From NCBI GenBank assembly GCA_046482545.1, contig JAWOEX010000021.1, forward strand, positions 103,041 through 167,040: a stretch of DNA of 64,000 nucleotides, written 5' to 3'. How positions within the stretch are numbered: position 1 is the stretch's first letter; the number at the start of each line of letters is the position of its first letter. Both the position numbers and the translations under genes were made by a program. The notes beneath the pieces are model-generated. The model did not search any database. It worked only from the letters and a program-made list of their open reading frames with translations, and had not been told where the DNA came from. Positions 9,388-20,048 of the stretch are shown here, piece after piece. This stretch comes from Candidatus Thorarchaeota archaeon (GTDB taxonomy: Archaea > Asgardarchaeota > Thorarchaeia > Thorarchaeales > Thorarchaeaceae).

Positions 9388-10215
9388 ATGGCCATTGAGG
9401 ATTGTAAGGAAGCTCAGGCTATTGCAGAGGCAAGAGCCAAAGAGGGTAAAAACAAAGTTGCTATGAATTTATTCTACAAGACAGCAGAATGCTGGAACCG
9501 CTGGGAATCGTTTGTGAAGGCTGCTCAAGCGTATGAAAGAGCGTACGAACACGGGATGTTGTGCCATGAGTACAGTACTGCAATTGACTATCTCCTCAAG
9601 GGAGCAATGGCGTGGATAAGACAAGGAGAATACGAGAAGTTTGAACTTGATTATCAAATAGCTGCTGAAGGGCATATTATGGCTGCAGAGAAAGACAAGA
9701 ACCCCCAACACTTCATTGAGGGGGCGTTCTGTGCCATCGTTGGAGGAGATATAGATTTCGCCAAGGAGCTTATCCATGCGTCAGTAGAGACCTTGAAAGG
9801 AACTGCAAAGGAAAAAACAAACCTTGCCTTGATGCTTCTTGAATATCAGTTCGGTGATGCTGACAGATACATCGAATCTGCTCTAAAGAGAGTGCTCGAT
9901 AGGAAAGGGGTGAAGAAAGTTCGACAAATTTTTACATTGACCTTTGAAGGATTTGTGCGAACTTCTCTAGAATCTGAAGCGGCTGTAACTGTTACAAGCC
10001 TTTCAGAAAGCACAGGGTTGTCAGAGAATGTAGTGGAATCGCTTGTCAGAAGAGGCACAAGAAATGGACACATTCCTGCATTTCTTGATGAGGAAGCCCT
10101 CGAACTGATAGTTGATTCGGACCGCTTCGACCTGTCGAGGCTGAAACGAAGAAAAGGACCTATACAAAGCCGTGAACTGGAGGATCCAGGAGCTTGGGAT
10201 ATGGAACTAGACTGA
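9388..10215 (+). CDS. Hypothetical alpha-helical protein
   Basis: ORF with no recognisable motifs. Confidence 0.4.
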   Translation: MAIEDCKEAQAIAEARAKEGKNKVAMNLFYKTAECWNRWESFVKAAQAYERAYEHGMLCHEYSTAIDYLLKGAMAWIRQGEYEKFELDYQIAAEGHIMAAEKDKNPQHFIEGAFCAIVGGDIDFAKELIHASVETLKGTAKEKTNLALMLLEYQFGDADRYIESALKRVLDRKGVKKVRQIFTLTFEGFVRTSLESEAAVTVTSLSESTGLSENVVESLVRRGTRNGHIPAFLDEEALELIVDSDRFDLSRLKRRKGPIQSRELEDPGAWDMELD

Positions 10216-10374
10216 TATACTTTGTCTGTAACCATCAAAACTTTCGCAGTTTTGAAGGTTACCTCAGAAAGATTTTTACCACAACTAAACCGGTTATGTT
10301 TAAGAATCAATAAATATGCAATAACGTTTTTAGTATGGGTTCAGAATTGCGCAACAACGCGCCTGGTGATATGA

Positions 10375-10593
10375 ATGTCTGAAGGGCTAAGGTGGTTCCG
10401 GTGTCCAGTTTGCAAGAAGACAATATACTGGAAGCTGCCAACTGACACCCTAAAACAAGTAGAGCGATTTCCAGCACCTCTTGTGATTAAACACGAAGAT
10501 CACTACCTCATCGTTTATGTTGACAGTCATTATCAGCTGGCTGACACGGAAATAGCTGTAGCATTTGTCGAGGGCATGGGCGAGCAGGAATAG
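10375..10593 (+). CDS. Small zinc-ribbon protein
   Basis: CPVCKK motif in a 72-aa ORF. Confidence 0.3.
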   Translation: MSEGLRWFRCPVCKKTIYWKLPTDTLKQVERFPAPLVIKHEDHYLIVYVDSHYQLADTEIAVAFVEGMGEQE

Positions 10594-10654
10594 CGGAATC
10601 TCATTTTATGATTCTAGCATCCTCTTTTTTGCGGAACACCAGAAAACCGTTCAT

Positions 10655-11206
10655 TCAGATTTTGTCAAGTCCGTTATCCAGAGCCCATTCAAGGACTTGT
10701 TGAGCCTGAGAACTGGATAGTCTCCACCCGCGCAGATTAGATACGAGTTTACGGATACCACCTAACCAATCTCGAAGCACACTGTTGACTCGTGCTCGAA
10801 GTGATTCGTCCTCCAATTCTTCCAGAAGAGGCAAGAACTTGCCAACCAGACTTTGGGACAGAGCCAGAACGGTTTCAACCCTTGCTAGCCACTCCTCACG
10901 TGGGAGGCCATCGAGGGTCTGAGCCACAGAGAGGTGATAATCATATTGAGCTGTCAAGTATCTCAAACGCCAGCTTAAAAATTCAATAAGTAAAGTAGCA
11001 TGAGCATTACTCGGAGCAGTTTTGATTACTAAGTCAAGAAAACGCTGTGTCATCGCATCAGCTGACTGGCTGGCATCGAAATACAGGGCTATCGCTTGCT
11101 GGTAGTCTTGGCTCGTCAGATAGTCTGCAGCTTCTTTTGTTGCTTCCTTGAACCGTTGGATGACCTCTTTTGTCGGTTTACCTTCAGCGTATTCCATCTT
11201 GGTCAC
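10655..11206 (-). CDS. Hypothetical helical protein
   Basis: ORF only. Confidence 0.4.
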   Translation of the reverse strand: MTKMEYAEGKPTKEVIQRFKEATKEAADYLTSQDYQQAIALYFDASQSADAMTQRFLDLVIKTAPSNAHATLLIEFLSWRLRYLTAQYDYHLSVAQTLDGLPREEWLARVETVLALSQSLVGKFLPLLEELEDESLRARVNSVLRDWLGGIRKLVSNLRGWRLSSSQAQQVLEWALDNGLDKI

Positions 11207-11218
11207 ACACTACTATGG

Positions 11219-11623
11219 CTATTCGTGGAGGTGGTGGAGCTCGGTCTCTAATACCACATCGAGCTGGTCCAACCAACCTCGAAAGTCTTCCATTTTATCC
11301 TCTGGTTTTCTAGAAAAGTAACCTTCCCATACACATTTGTCACTTAATGGACAAAAGCCTGTTGAATGAATTAGGCGTAATTTGAGTTCTCGCATCCGTT
11401 TCAGGAGAAGGTGTGAAACCTCCTCAAAGGATGAAACCATGACACATACGCGCAGCAAAGAAATCTCGGAGTTTTGAACCGGAATCAACCGGATAAAATT
11501 GCTTCGCGTTCCAATGAGTAAAACAGTTTCTCCTTCTTTGAAGCCCACATCATTTTGGAGCGCTCCAAGGCTGATTCTACCATCCAGTACTGTAGCAAGA
11601 ATTCCGTTCGTCAGCTCCTTCAT
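11219..11623 (-). CDS. AbrB/MazE (SpoVT-AbrB swapped-hairpin) domain protein with a Cys-containing C-terminal domain
   Basis: N-terminal segment DGRISLGALQNDVGFKEGETVLLIGTRSNFIRLIP resembles the AbrB fold. Confidence 0.4.
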   Translation of the reverse strand: MKELTNGILATVLDGRISLGALQNDVGFKEGETVLLIGTRSNFIRLIPVQNSEISLLRVCVMVSSFEEVSHLLLKRMRELKLRLIHSTGFCPLSDKCVWEGYFSRKPEDKMEDFRGWLDQLDVVLETELHHLHE

Positions 11624-11945
11624 TCATAGCACACTCCTTGCCCACCCGGTTGCTAATCGTAGTTCTTGATCTCATAGCCAACGCCACTCCGTCCAATCGG
11701 ATTCGGTCGGAACAACAGCGACATCTCTGTAACCAAGCAATTGCGCACTGTCGAGTATAGGTTCTCGATATCTGCAGAAATGTTCCCATCCTGCCTTAAT
11801 AAGTTGAACATAATCCATTTCAACAAGCACACATTCATCCTACTAACTTCTGTTAGTCAATTTAGCCCAAGTTTCTTGCGCTTTGCTTCTATATTGTAAA
11901 TATCAACTGGTAGTGATATGTATGTTTTTTGCAGATATGGCTAAG

Positions 11946-12926
11946 TTAGAGTGGTGGTTCATTGAGCCGCTTATATTCATCTGTTGCATTGGTCCAGTTG
12001 ATGAAATCCTGACTTGGAGGGCGCTCTTCATACAAGCGCTGTCTATCCGCTTCTAGACAGCTGATATCTTCGCGTTCCAGCTCAGCCATACACAAGACGC
12101 AATTGCCGCTTTCCTCTGCGGCGTTCATACTTGGCTTGAGCCATTCTTTCCAACTAAGTGAGCGCATGAGATGATGGTCCACAACTAGTGTTTCCACAGC
12201 ATTTGCAAGCGTAACCAAACAAAAGAGAGCTGTTTGTCGATTTTGTTCATCAAATAAATGTCTCGGTAGATAAATCGGCGGGCCACCGACTATCATGACA
12301 TCCGAATTCAATGATAACAGATATGACAGAGTTTTCCTGTTCGATGGGCCCTGAATATCTGGCGCAAAAACTACTGTGGCGTCCTTGTGCTTTACACAGG
12401 TGACGACCACATAGCCCAATGGCTTAGCGTCAGGGCCATGTGGTAACGATTCACTATAAGAAACGGTCGTATCACCAAATTCGAATTCTCTACCATCCGT
12501 CCAGACCAGTTCCTCAGCAGCATCGCCAACATGTTTTCTGAAATAGTAAGCTCTCTTCCGCTGGGATGGGTTGATGTTATCACGGTGGTCTTTGAGCAAG
12601 ACTCGCTTGTTCTCAAACATGTGATTGGTGTCTTCTAGCGAACTGAAGTTATAGCGATAATTTGTAAACGTCGGCCGAACATGATCATAGTGATAGTGCG
12701 ATATTGAGAGTACATCGGATTTTCTTGCCAATTCAAAAATGTCTGCAAGAGCGGTTTTCAGAGCATCATACTCCAGAGGGTGCGGCTCCAAACCAAAACG
12801 CATTGCCAGACCAGCTGACGGATCAAAGAGAATGGTGATGTCAGGAGTTGTAACTTGAGTACAGAGCGACCTTACACCCATGCTTTCAGAGGCTACAGCA
12901 TGAATCTCGGTATCTCCTATCTTCAA
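11946..12926 (-). CDS. MBL-fold metallo-hydrolase
   Basis: ISHYHYDHV matches the HxHxDH metal-binding motif. Confidence 0.5.
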   Translation of the reverse strand: MKIGDTEIHAVASESMGVRSLCTQVTTPDITILFDPSAGLAMRFGLEPHPLEYDALKTALADIFELARKSDVLSISHYHYDHVRPTFTNYRYNFSSLEDTNHMFENKRVLLKDHRDNINPSQRKRAYYFRKHVGDAAEELVWTDGREFEFGDTTVSYSESLPHGPDAKPLGYVVVTCVKHKDATVVFAPDIQGPSNRKTLSYLLSLNSDVMIVGGPPIYLPRHLFDEQNRQTALFCLVTLANAVETLVVDHHLMRSLSWKEWLKPSMNAAEESGNCVLCMAELEREDISCLEADRQRLYEERPPSQDFINWTNATDEYKRLNEPPL

Positions 12927-13516
12927 CGTGATACCTTCCGAAAATATCCCAGTATATAGTCAGATCCGGATTTTGTAAGCTCGGCCTCGTATGATCGAGT
13001 CACCGGGTTATTGAGTTCAAACGTTGCAAACATTTGCCAATCACTGGGTATCAATTCATCCTTTCGTTGCCTAATATCATCTACACTAAAGGGGCCAATT
13101 GTTCCTTCCCGATGGTTTTCCTTGAAATCATCAACCACAGCACTGTTAACGAAAATCAAGAAATGTTCCAAGAGATTTCCTGCCGTATCAACAAGGCGTT
13201 CCGAAACGAGTCCCTGGTATTTGTATTCCTTCACAGACGTTGCCTCTGTCTCCTCTTGTACCTCCCTGAGTGCAGCTTCCTTGACATGCTCACCGGGCTC
13301 GATTTTTCCACCAACAAGACTTAACAAATTCTCATACGGAGCTCTCTTACGCTTCATGAAGAGGTAACTGTCCTGCTGCTTGAGAATCGTAACGACAATA
13401 GGCGTGATTCCAGGCACTTCAAGTCCCTCTTGTGCAATCTCTCTCATACTGACTGAATATGGCAATTTAAATTTGAATGGTTTAAGAAGCCTACCTGCAG
13501 GAAAACAGAAAGCCAA
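12923..13516 (-). CDS. NUDIX hydrolase
   Basis: Nudix box GGKIEPGEHVKEAALREVQEETEA. The true start is probably internal. Confidence 0.65.
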   Translation of the reverse strand: MAFCFPAGRLLKPFKFKLPYSVSMREIAQEGLEVPGITPIVVTILKQQDSYLFMKRKRAPYENLLSLVGGKIEPGEHVKEAALREVQEETEATSVKEYKYQGLVSERLVDTAGNLLEHFLIFVNSAVVDDFKENHREGTIGPFSVDDIRQRKDELIPSDWQMFATFELNNPVTRSYEAELTKSGSDYILGYFRKVSR

Positions 13517-13560
13517 GATTCATAGACCCTCAGCCATCTCCTTTTCTTCGGGTTTCAATA

Positions 13561-15021
13561 GTGGGTGCATTACTGGATGAAGAAGTCAGGAAAAAAGTCC
13601 TGAACAAAATCACGCCTACCAAAGAAGAAATTCTTAACCAACAGAAAATGATAGCTAGACTTTCTAATCAATTGGAAACGTATGGGAAACGGCGGGGAAT
13701 TAAGTATGAAACCATAGAAGCCCATGGTTCCACAGGTAAGAAGCAGACTCAGCTTAAAGGATCCTCAGATATCGATTTGTTTGTAGCTTTGAATCCAAGC
13801 GATTATGATAGGATTCTCTCTTTATCCCAAGATGAGAGAGACAGAAAGCTCACTGAATTGTTGGATGGATTTGTTGATAACTGGTTCTACCCTGCGTTCA
13901 AAGAGCTGAACCCCACCAAACTCCAAAAAATCTATTCTGAGCATCCTTACCTTTCGCTTCACTTGGAAGGACAGGAGATTGATGTTGTTTGTTGCTTCAA
14001 TTTGTCAAGAGATGAGATTGCAGCAGAAGGAACAATTACGGCGGTGGATCGAACACTCCATCACACTAGCTATATCATCAAACATTTGAAGAAATCCATG
14101 CGATCAGATATTCGGATACTCAAATCATTCGTCAGGGCTGCTCACGTATACGGAGATAAATGCGCTATTGGAAGAATGGGATTTACGGGTTACGCTCTGG
14201 AACTCTTAGTCATCAACTCTGGTGATTTTGAAGGGGCTATTAGGCAAATCAAAGCATTAGAAAAGAAACCTATTGACCCTGCGGATAGGTCTCTCGATGA
14301 GCTGAAGAACAAACATGAATTTCATGACGACTACATCTTCATAATTGACCCAACGGATTATGATAGAAACGTTGCAGCTAGTTTCGATTCGAGAGGATAC
14401 AAATGGCTCAAATTGCGTTGTGATGAGTTACTGAAGACTGCGAAAAGGGCAGAAGAACATAACATGGTTCATCTACTGATTGAGGGAGAAATTCCCACAG
14501 AGCCACTACCACAGTGGCTGAAGCCTCACTCACTTTCTGTTGAATTTCAATCAGTCCAACCAGTGCACTACACCATCTTGAGGGATAAGCTATACAAGCT
14601 AGCGAGCAAAATTGTTGCACGCATGAAAGAGGAAAGAACCGGCGAGAAGAGATTTGGGAAGACTCTAGCTGAAGTCTATTTTGAAAATGATAGATTCGCT
14701 CTTGGTATTGTGGTGGAAAAAGCCAATATCTCGCCGGAGTATGACCGAAAGGGGCCCCCGTTAAAGATGGATGAAGCTTGCACGAAATTTATGAAAGCGA
14801 ACTCTCAAGTTTTCAAGCAGGGAGGTTATCTTTGGTCCAAGGAAAAGAGAAAATTCACCTCCGCAAATGCATTCTTCCAGTATTTAGTAAAAAGAGAGAC
14901 CATAAAGGGCTTAGAACGGACCAAGAAATCAATTGTTTCAGACCGAGTATTGAACACGCTTTATCGTTATGTCATGCAGGTGGAAGAAATTCCAGTTGAG
15001 AGAGGTAATCAGATTGGCTAA
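13561..15021 (+). CDS. cca: tRNA CCA-adding enzyme, archaeal class I
   Basis: Matches archaeal CCA enzyme blocks: GSTGKKQTQLKGSSDIDLFV, EHPYLSLHLEGQEIDVVCCF, TAVDRTLHHTSYI, GFTGYALELLV, FIIDPTDYDRNVAASF. Confidence 0.8.
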   Translation: MGALLDEEVRKKVLNKITPTKEEILNQQKMIARLSNQLETYGKRRGIKYETIEAHGSTGKKQTQLKGSSDIDLFVALNPSDYDRILSLSQDERDRKLTELLDGFVDNWFYPAFKELNPTKLQKIYSEHPYLSLHLEGQEIDVVCCFNLSRDEIAAEGTITAVDRTLHHTSYIIKHLKKSMRSDIRILKSFVRAAHVYGDKCAIGRMGFTGYALELLVINSGDFEGAIRQIKALEKKPIDPADRSLDELKNKHEFHDDYIFIIDPTDYDRNVAASFDSRGYKWLKLRCDELLKTAKRAEEHNMVHLLIEGEIPTEPLPQWLKPHSLSVEFQSVQPVHYTILRDKLYKLASKIVARMKEERTGEKRFGKTLAEVYFENDRFALGIVVEKANISPEYDRKGPPLKMDEACTKFMKANSQVFKQGGYLWSKEKRKFTSANAFFQYLVKRETIKGLERTKKSIVSDRVLNTLYRYVMQVEEIPVERGNQIG

Positions 15022-16087
15022 CAGAAATGTCACGATTGTAACAAATAGAGACATAGGTCTCCATCAAGCTCCCTTCCCAAAGCCCCACTTGGAGGCCTTC
15101 GAAACACCTCTAAGAGTAGAAATTATCGAAGACCATCTGCTCAAAAGCGGTCTTCTAACCAGTTCGGATATTGTTGAAGTGCCACGTGCATCACCACGAG
15201 AGATTTTGGACGTTCATACCCCTTATGTGCTTGACAGCGTTACGATAATGAGTGACCTCGGAAGTGGTGTGTTAGGAGAATCAGCATATGCAAGCCCCGG
15301 ACTGCTGCGAAGTGCCCTTGGTGCGGTTGGAGGCAGTATTGGAGCCATGCAAATGGTTACCGAGCAGGATGCAATACATGCATTTGCACTGATAAGGCCG
15401 CCAGGTCACCATGCATCAACATCGTCGCCAATGGGCCTCTGTTTCTTCAACAACATGGCTATCGCAGTTAAGCACGCATTACAAAAGGAGGGAATAGAAC
15501 GGATTTCTATTCTTGATTTTGATAATCATCATGGCAATGGAACCTCTGAAATATTCTATTCGGAAGAGAAAGTACAGTATATTTCCATCCACGAATACGA
15601 TTACGATATGTGTGGAGTAGGGCATTATCACGAAATTGGACATGCAGATGCTGTCGGGACTAATATCAATATCCCGCTAGTAGATATGTCACCCGATGTT
15701 TCCTACGAGCAAGCACTCGAAAGAATCATTGTACCAGCCATCCAAAGATTCGAGCCTTCTTTGATCGGAGTTTCAGCGGGTTATGACGCCCACTACGCGG
15801 ACCCAGTCGGTAACATGAATGTAGATTCAAGCACCTTTTGGCGCTTTGGAAAAGAGGTGTCTCACCTTGTTGAATCAACAAGTGCCATCGGGTCGTTTTG
15901 GACTTTGGAAGGAGGGTACAATCTCTTTACCCTTGGCCTGTCTGTTGAAGCCAGCCTACGAGGTCTTCGAGGGGAAGAAATGCCGGTTCTTAGAGATCAA
16001 ATAGAGAGGACAATAGACAGCAATGTTATAGAGAGGAATGGGGATATCATAGACATCGTCCAAGAAACTATCGAACTCCATCGATAG
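14969..16087 (+). CDS. Histone-deacetylase family enzyme (AcuC/acetylpolyamine amidohydrolase-like)
   Basis: RPPGHHA and DFDNHHGNGT motifs. Real start likely downstream of the cca stop. Confidence 0.7.
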   Translation: MSCRWKKFQLREVIRLANRNVTIVTNRDIGLHQAPFPKPHLEAFETPLRVEIIEDHLLKSGLLTSSDIVEVPRASPREILDVHTPYVLDSVTIMSDLGSGVLGESAYASPGLLRSALGAVGGSIGAMQMVTEQDAIHAFALIRPPGHHASTSSPMGLCFFNNMAIAVKHALQKEGIERISILDFDNHHGNGTSEIFYSEEKVQYISIHEYDYDMCGVGHYHEIGHADAVGTNINIPLVDMSPDVSYEQALERIIVPAIQRFEPSLIGVSAGYDAHYADPVGNMNVDSSTFWRFGKEVSHLVESTSAIGSFWTLEGGYNLFTLGLSVEASLRGLRGEEMPVLRDQIERTIDSNVIERNGDIIDIVQETIELHR

Positions 16088-16164
16088 CAACCCCCAAAAG
16101 AATCCCACACAAACTGAAAGATTTTAAGTTCCTAATTCAGACAACATCTTAGAGGAACCAAATA

Positions 16165-16458
16165 GTGGCAAAAAAGAGACGATCCGGCGGACGTAGCAAA
16201 AACAAGTCGGGCAGAACAGGAACAGTCCAATGCTCTAAATGTGGAGCAATTGTTCCTGCTGACAAAGCAAAGAAGTATACAAGAACAGTATCTCCAGTTG
16301 ATCCTCAGCTTGCTCGCGAGCTGCGAGAACAGGGAGCTTACATTCGGACTAGCAGAAGAACTGAGTATTACTGCATAAGTTGTGCTGTCCATTATGGTAA
16401 GGTGAATATCCGCTCTGAGGAAGACCGAAGAGACATAAATGACAGATATCACAGGTAG
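16165..16458 (+). CDS. rps26e: Ribosomal protein S26e
   Basis: MAKKRRSGGRSKNKSGR...VQCSKCGAIVPADKAKK...YYCISCAVHYGKV matches the S26e zinc-ribbon architecture. Confidence 0.7.
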   Translation: MAKKRRSGGRSKNKSGRTGTVQCSKCGAIVPADKAKKYTRTVSPVDPQLARELREQGAYIRTSRRTEYYCISCAVHYGKVNIRSEEDRRDINDRYHR

Positions 16459-16518
16459 ATTCCAAAACACACAATGCAATTTGCGTCTGGATTAACTTCA
16501 AGCACATGATGCGTCCCT

Positions 16519-17127
16519 TTGATAGGGGTATGCCATATGCCGATATCCATCTTTCTCAGGTTTGTTTTGACTTTTCCAGATATATCAACCAAGGGAGATT
16601 TCCTCCTCCGAGACCTTCCCGGATCAGGTAATAGAATGGATGTCCTCTGTAGATGTCTTTCCGCTTGTTTTGGTTGGGGACCAACAATAATCCCAACAAA
16701 GGAAATCGGACTTAGGGCAATTCTATCCAATAGTATAACTCTCGTATTTTCGAGTCCAGAGAATCCAGCCAAGATGGGTGAGACAGACTGGGCAAGAGGC
16801 ATCCGAGATGCCCTAAAGGGTAATCCGCCAGAATACATATCTGTTCTTGACTTGGACCTAGAAGAGAACATCAAGGATTTGATTGATTATTCATCCTCAC
16901 ATCTCTGGCTTTTACACGAGCAAGGTAAAAATAGCATACAGACATGGAAAGCTGCTCTGCAGAACAGTTTTATTCTAGGGTCCCACAAAGGCTACGACTC
17001 ACATGCGCTCAAAGTAGCAAGAGAATATGGTATTCCCCAGCTTTCAGTCGGGCCGTTACCCTATCTCGGTAGCCATTGTATCGCAAGTGTTATCACAGAA
17101 GCAGAAAGGAGGAAAAACGATGTCTGA
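16519..17127 (+). CDS. trmY: SPOUT-class tRNA pseudouridine-N1 methyltransferase (TrmY/COG1901-like)
   Basis: DLPGSGNRMDVLCRCLSACF resembles the conserved TrmY block DLPGSAGRLDILCRC. Confidence 0.55.
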   Translation: MIGVCHMPISIFLRFVLTFPDISTKGDFLLRDLPGSGNRMDVLCRCLSACFGWGPTIIPTKEIGLRAILSNSITLVFSSPENPAKMGETDWARGIRDALKGNPPEYISVLDLDLEENIKDLIDYSSSHLWLLHEQGKNSIQTWKAALQNSFILGSHKGYDSHALKVAREYGIPQLSVGPLPYLGSHCIASVITEAERRKNDV

Positions 17128-17488
17128 CTCAGAACTCGTAGATATGGAAAATCCCCCGAAGGCCATCGATAGGCTCGTAGATGCCAATACAAAAGGAATG
17201 CTCTGGATCTATATACTTCGTTTGTTGCAAGAACGACCACACTACGGCTATGAGATAAAAGAACTTGTCACAGAAAGATTCGGGTTCTCGCCTGCCACAG
17301 TCAGTGGATATGCCATCATTTACCGCCTTAAGAGAGATGGGTTAATAGAGGAAGAAGAAGGAGAGGAGTCCACTAGGAAATATTACGGAATAACCGACAG
17401 GGGGAGTAGGGCTATGAAAGAAGCCAAAAAATTTCTTCAAACGACGCTAGACACCGTTTTCGATATGACGCCGTTAGATGATGAATAG
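17120..17488 (+). CDS. PadR family transcriptional regulator
   Basis: MLWIYILRLLQERPHYGYEIKELV...YAIIYRLKRDGLIEEEE. Internal start at 17120 with an upstream GGAGG. Confidence 0.6.
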   Translation: MSDSELVDMENPPKAIDRLVDANTKGMLWIYILRLLQERPHYGYEIKELVTERFGFSPATVSGYAIIYRLKRDGLIEEEEGEESTRKYYGITDRGSRAMKEAKKFLQTTLDTVFDMTPLDDE

Positions 17489-17550
17489 CCCTGTAAAGTC
17501 ACAATTTTTCTTCTGGTTTTTTCACAACACACCTAGAAAAGGCGATTAGA

Positions 17551-18258
17551 TTAACTTCTTTCTGAGGGGGGCTCGCTGCGCGCTTCAATCTGCATCTTTG
17601 CGTAGCTCAACCTCTGCCCAACCGTAATATGAGACAGAATGCCTACTATAACAACAAAAAATGCTAGTATATTTGGAATATCCAATGTCGAAATTACAAA
17701 ATCTGATGCGGAAGGTGGGAAAAATGCTAGTATCTGCAGCCAGATATTTGTTTCAGGTACAGCTAACAGGATTATTCCAAGCATAACCAACAGAAGCTTC
17801 TCTTGTCTCTCTGCAAGTCCTACAGCACAGTCATCCATGCCACCAACAGATTCAGCTTTAGCTCGAGAAAAGCTGGCCATTATCATACCGAATAATGTGA
17901 AAAAGCCCCAGAACCAAGGAACATACTTACCGGGTGAACCAGCAGGGCCTAGCATCAGTCCGAGGAGGAAAAGAAACTCGGCATATCTATCCAATGTATG
18001 ATCGAAAGTAGCTCCAAAAGGAGTTGCCAAATCCGCGGCTCTGGCAACAGCGCCATCGAACATGTCAAGCACGATGGCAAATATCATCACAGCTAGGCCA
18101 ATGAGTAAAGAGCCAGCATAAAAGAAATATGTACTAGTCAAAGCGACTAAAACAGTCAACCCAGTAATCATGTTGGGTGTCAAACCAGTTCTGGCAAGAA
18201 ATCTCCCTATAGGCATCATAGCTCGTTTATACTGTTTTCGAAGCTTTCCTAGTACCAT
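17551..18258 (-). CDS. CDP-alcohol phosphatidyltransferase family protein (archaetidylinositol-phosphate/DIPP synthase-like)
   Basis: DMFDGAVAR...D motif. Multi-TM protein. MIPS is present in the same window. Confidence 0.65.
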   Translation of the reverse strand: MVLGKLRKQYKRAMMPIGRFLARTGLTPNMITGLTVLVALTSTYFFYAGSLLIGLAVMIFAIVLDMFDGAVARAADLATPFGATFDHTLDRYAEFLFLLGLMLGPAGSPGKYVPWFWGFFTLFGMIMASFSRAKAESVGGMDDCAVGLAERQEKLLLVMLGIILLAVPETNIWLQILAFFPPSASDFVISTLDIPNILAFFVVIVGILSHITVGQRLSYAKMQIEARSEPPSERS

Positions 18259-18327
18259 CTATCATTCCCTTTCCTTAAAGATATGCCGCGCCATTTGGAA
18301 ATATAATATACATCTTGTGGAGGGGTA

Positions 18328-20001
18328 TCAATCGCTCTGTAAGACATCCTTTAGTCGATTAACTACCCACTCTCGGCCTAGAAGGTTTACGAATGGTCCC
18401 AGTCTTGGCCCAGATCTGCGGGATATCAAGAGCCTGTAAAATACACCAAAAGCTTGTCCCACTTTGAGACCGATTTCCCGCGCATTATCGAAGACTGCGG
18501 CCTGGATCTCTTCATCTTCCAGTGGGCCAGTTTTAAGCAGGTTGAGCATCTTCCGGAGAAACTCTCTCTCGTTTGCAGTAAGGTTTTTGGTAAATTCCTC
18601 TGACACTGTATCCCTGATGCTCACTCTATCACGGTTAGAACCAAACTCTTTCACCCAGTTCTTCGCTCTCTCCAATCGGGTACGGATAAGAGAGGTCATA
18701 TCTTCAGATACACATTCAACATCGTATTGTTTCTTGATAGCCTCTTCACAACGGCTCATAACGGCCTCGGGTCCAAGGAAAGCCTCGAGCTGAGATACAA
18801 CGATTGCAAACTTGAACGGAAGGCGAGGGGTATAATCTTCACTTACAGAATGAACTTGGGTAAGAGGATATATCAAGCGGGCCAACTCTATCTCTTCTTC
18901 GGTGGCTTCCTCTATCCTGTAGTAGAGTCGCTCAAACCTGTCATATTCATCGATAAGCTCGGGCAGGCGTTCTGGTTCGATGTTTATTGCTCGTTTCAAA
19001 TCGGTTTTGAGCATGAGATATCTGTAAACCTCTGGTGGCGCGATTTCAGCCCATGCTTTGGGAGTGAATATGATTCCCTCAGAAGTTGCCATATCCCGAC
19101 CACCAATACGAACCCATTCGTAGGAAACCTTCACCGGGCCCTGCTTATCGAAAACTCTACGTGAAACTTCTAGGCCAGTATCATACGATCCTCCTTTTAC
19201 TGAATGATCCTTGCCAGCCGGTTCGCATGTAACATCATAGATATACCACTTCGCAGGCCAATCAACCCTCCAAGTAAGCTTGACTTTGACTTCTTCAAGA
19301 GGTAATGTATCGGAATATCCACATTCCTGACACTCGAACGTTACCGAATCCTTCTCTTCATCATAGTATGTCACTCTGTTTGGTTCAATTGTACCCTTTG
19401 TGCCAGACTGAAGATGCCCACATTTAGGACAGACAACTGATACAGGATACCATGACTCCATTCCTTTCAGGTATTCCTTACGTTGATTCTCATCAAAATC
19501 GCTTGCCACATATTCGACCATTATCTCTCTGATTGTCTCAGTATGACGAAGACATATCCTCACAGCCTCCAGCATTTCTTCTGTCTCGTAAATCTTGCTT
19601 GTCCAAACAACATCAGGATTAACACCAAAATCTGGAAAAGTTTCAATCAACTCGTTAGCATAATGGGCTCCGAAGCTCTCACAGCACCCAAATTCATCAG
19701 GTATCCGTGAATAAGGAATGCCAGACCATTCATCTATCGGTAGAGAGACGCCATCGGGAAAAGAACGAATTGGATCATAATCATCAACAACAAACATCAT
19801 TCTCGCGTTTTTCCCCAAATCCTGAAGTCTTCGCGTAATCACATCTGCAATGATTATTTCCCGCATGAATCCAATATGAATGCTGCCGCTTGGACTCTTA
19901 CCTGTGGACAGCAAGTACTGCTCGGTATCACGTTCCAAGACTTCTTCGACAACATCGTCAATCCAGTGAATAGAAAATTCATCTTCGACTTGCGGGGGCA
20001 T
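18328..20001 (-). CDS. lysK: Lysine--tRNA ligase, class I (archaeal LysK-type)
   Basis: SPSGSIHIGFMREII is a HIGH-like motif close to class-I LysRS HVGNFRE. CPKCGH...CQECG zinc knuckle. 557 aa. Confidence 0.55.
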   Translation of the reverse strand: MPPQVEDEFSIHWIDDVVEEVLERDTEQYLLSTGKSPSGSIHIGFMREIIIADVITRRLQDLGKNARMMFVVDDYDPIRSFPDGVSLPIDEWSGIPYSRIPDEFGCCESFGAHYANELIETFPDFGVNPDVVWTSKIYETEEMLEAVRICLRHTETIREIMVEYVASDFDENQRKEYLKGMESWYPVSVVCPKCGHLQSGTKGTIEPNRVTYYDEEKDSVTFECQECGYSDTLPLEEVKVKLTWRVDWPAKWYIYDVTCEPAGKDHSVKGGSYDTGLEVSRRVFDKQGPVKVSYEWVRIGGRDMATSEGIIFTPKAWAEIAPPEVYRYLMLKTDLKRAINIEPERLPELIDEYDRFERLYYRIEEATEEEIELARLIYPLTQVHSVSEDYTPRLPFKFAIVVSQLEAFLGPEAVMSRCEEAIKKQYDVECVSEDMTSLIRTRLERAKNWVKEFGSNRDRVSIRDTVSEEFTKNLTANEREFLRKMLNLLKTGPLEDEEIQAAVFDNAREIGLKVGQAFGVFYRLLISRRSGPRLGPFVNLLGREWVVNRLKDVLQSD

Positions 20002-20048
20002 TCTTCATCCTCATGTTGGGGCTTCAAGAACCGCCTAAATAGATTGCT

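Noticed and set aside
14408-14999. ORFs 14408..14620 (-) and 14778..14999 (+) within the cca gene
   Set aside because: They overlap a confidently identified CCA-enzyme reading frame and are shadow ORFs.
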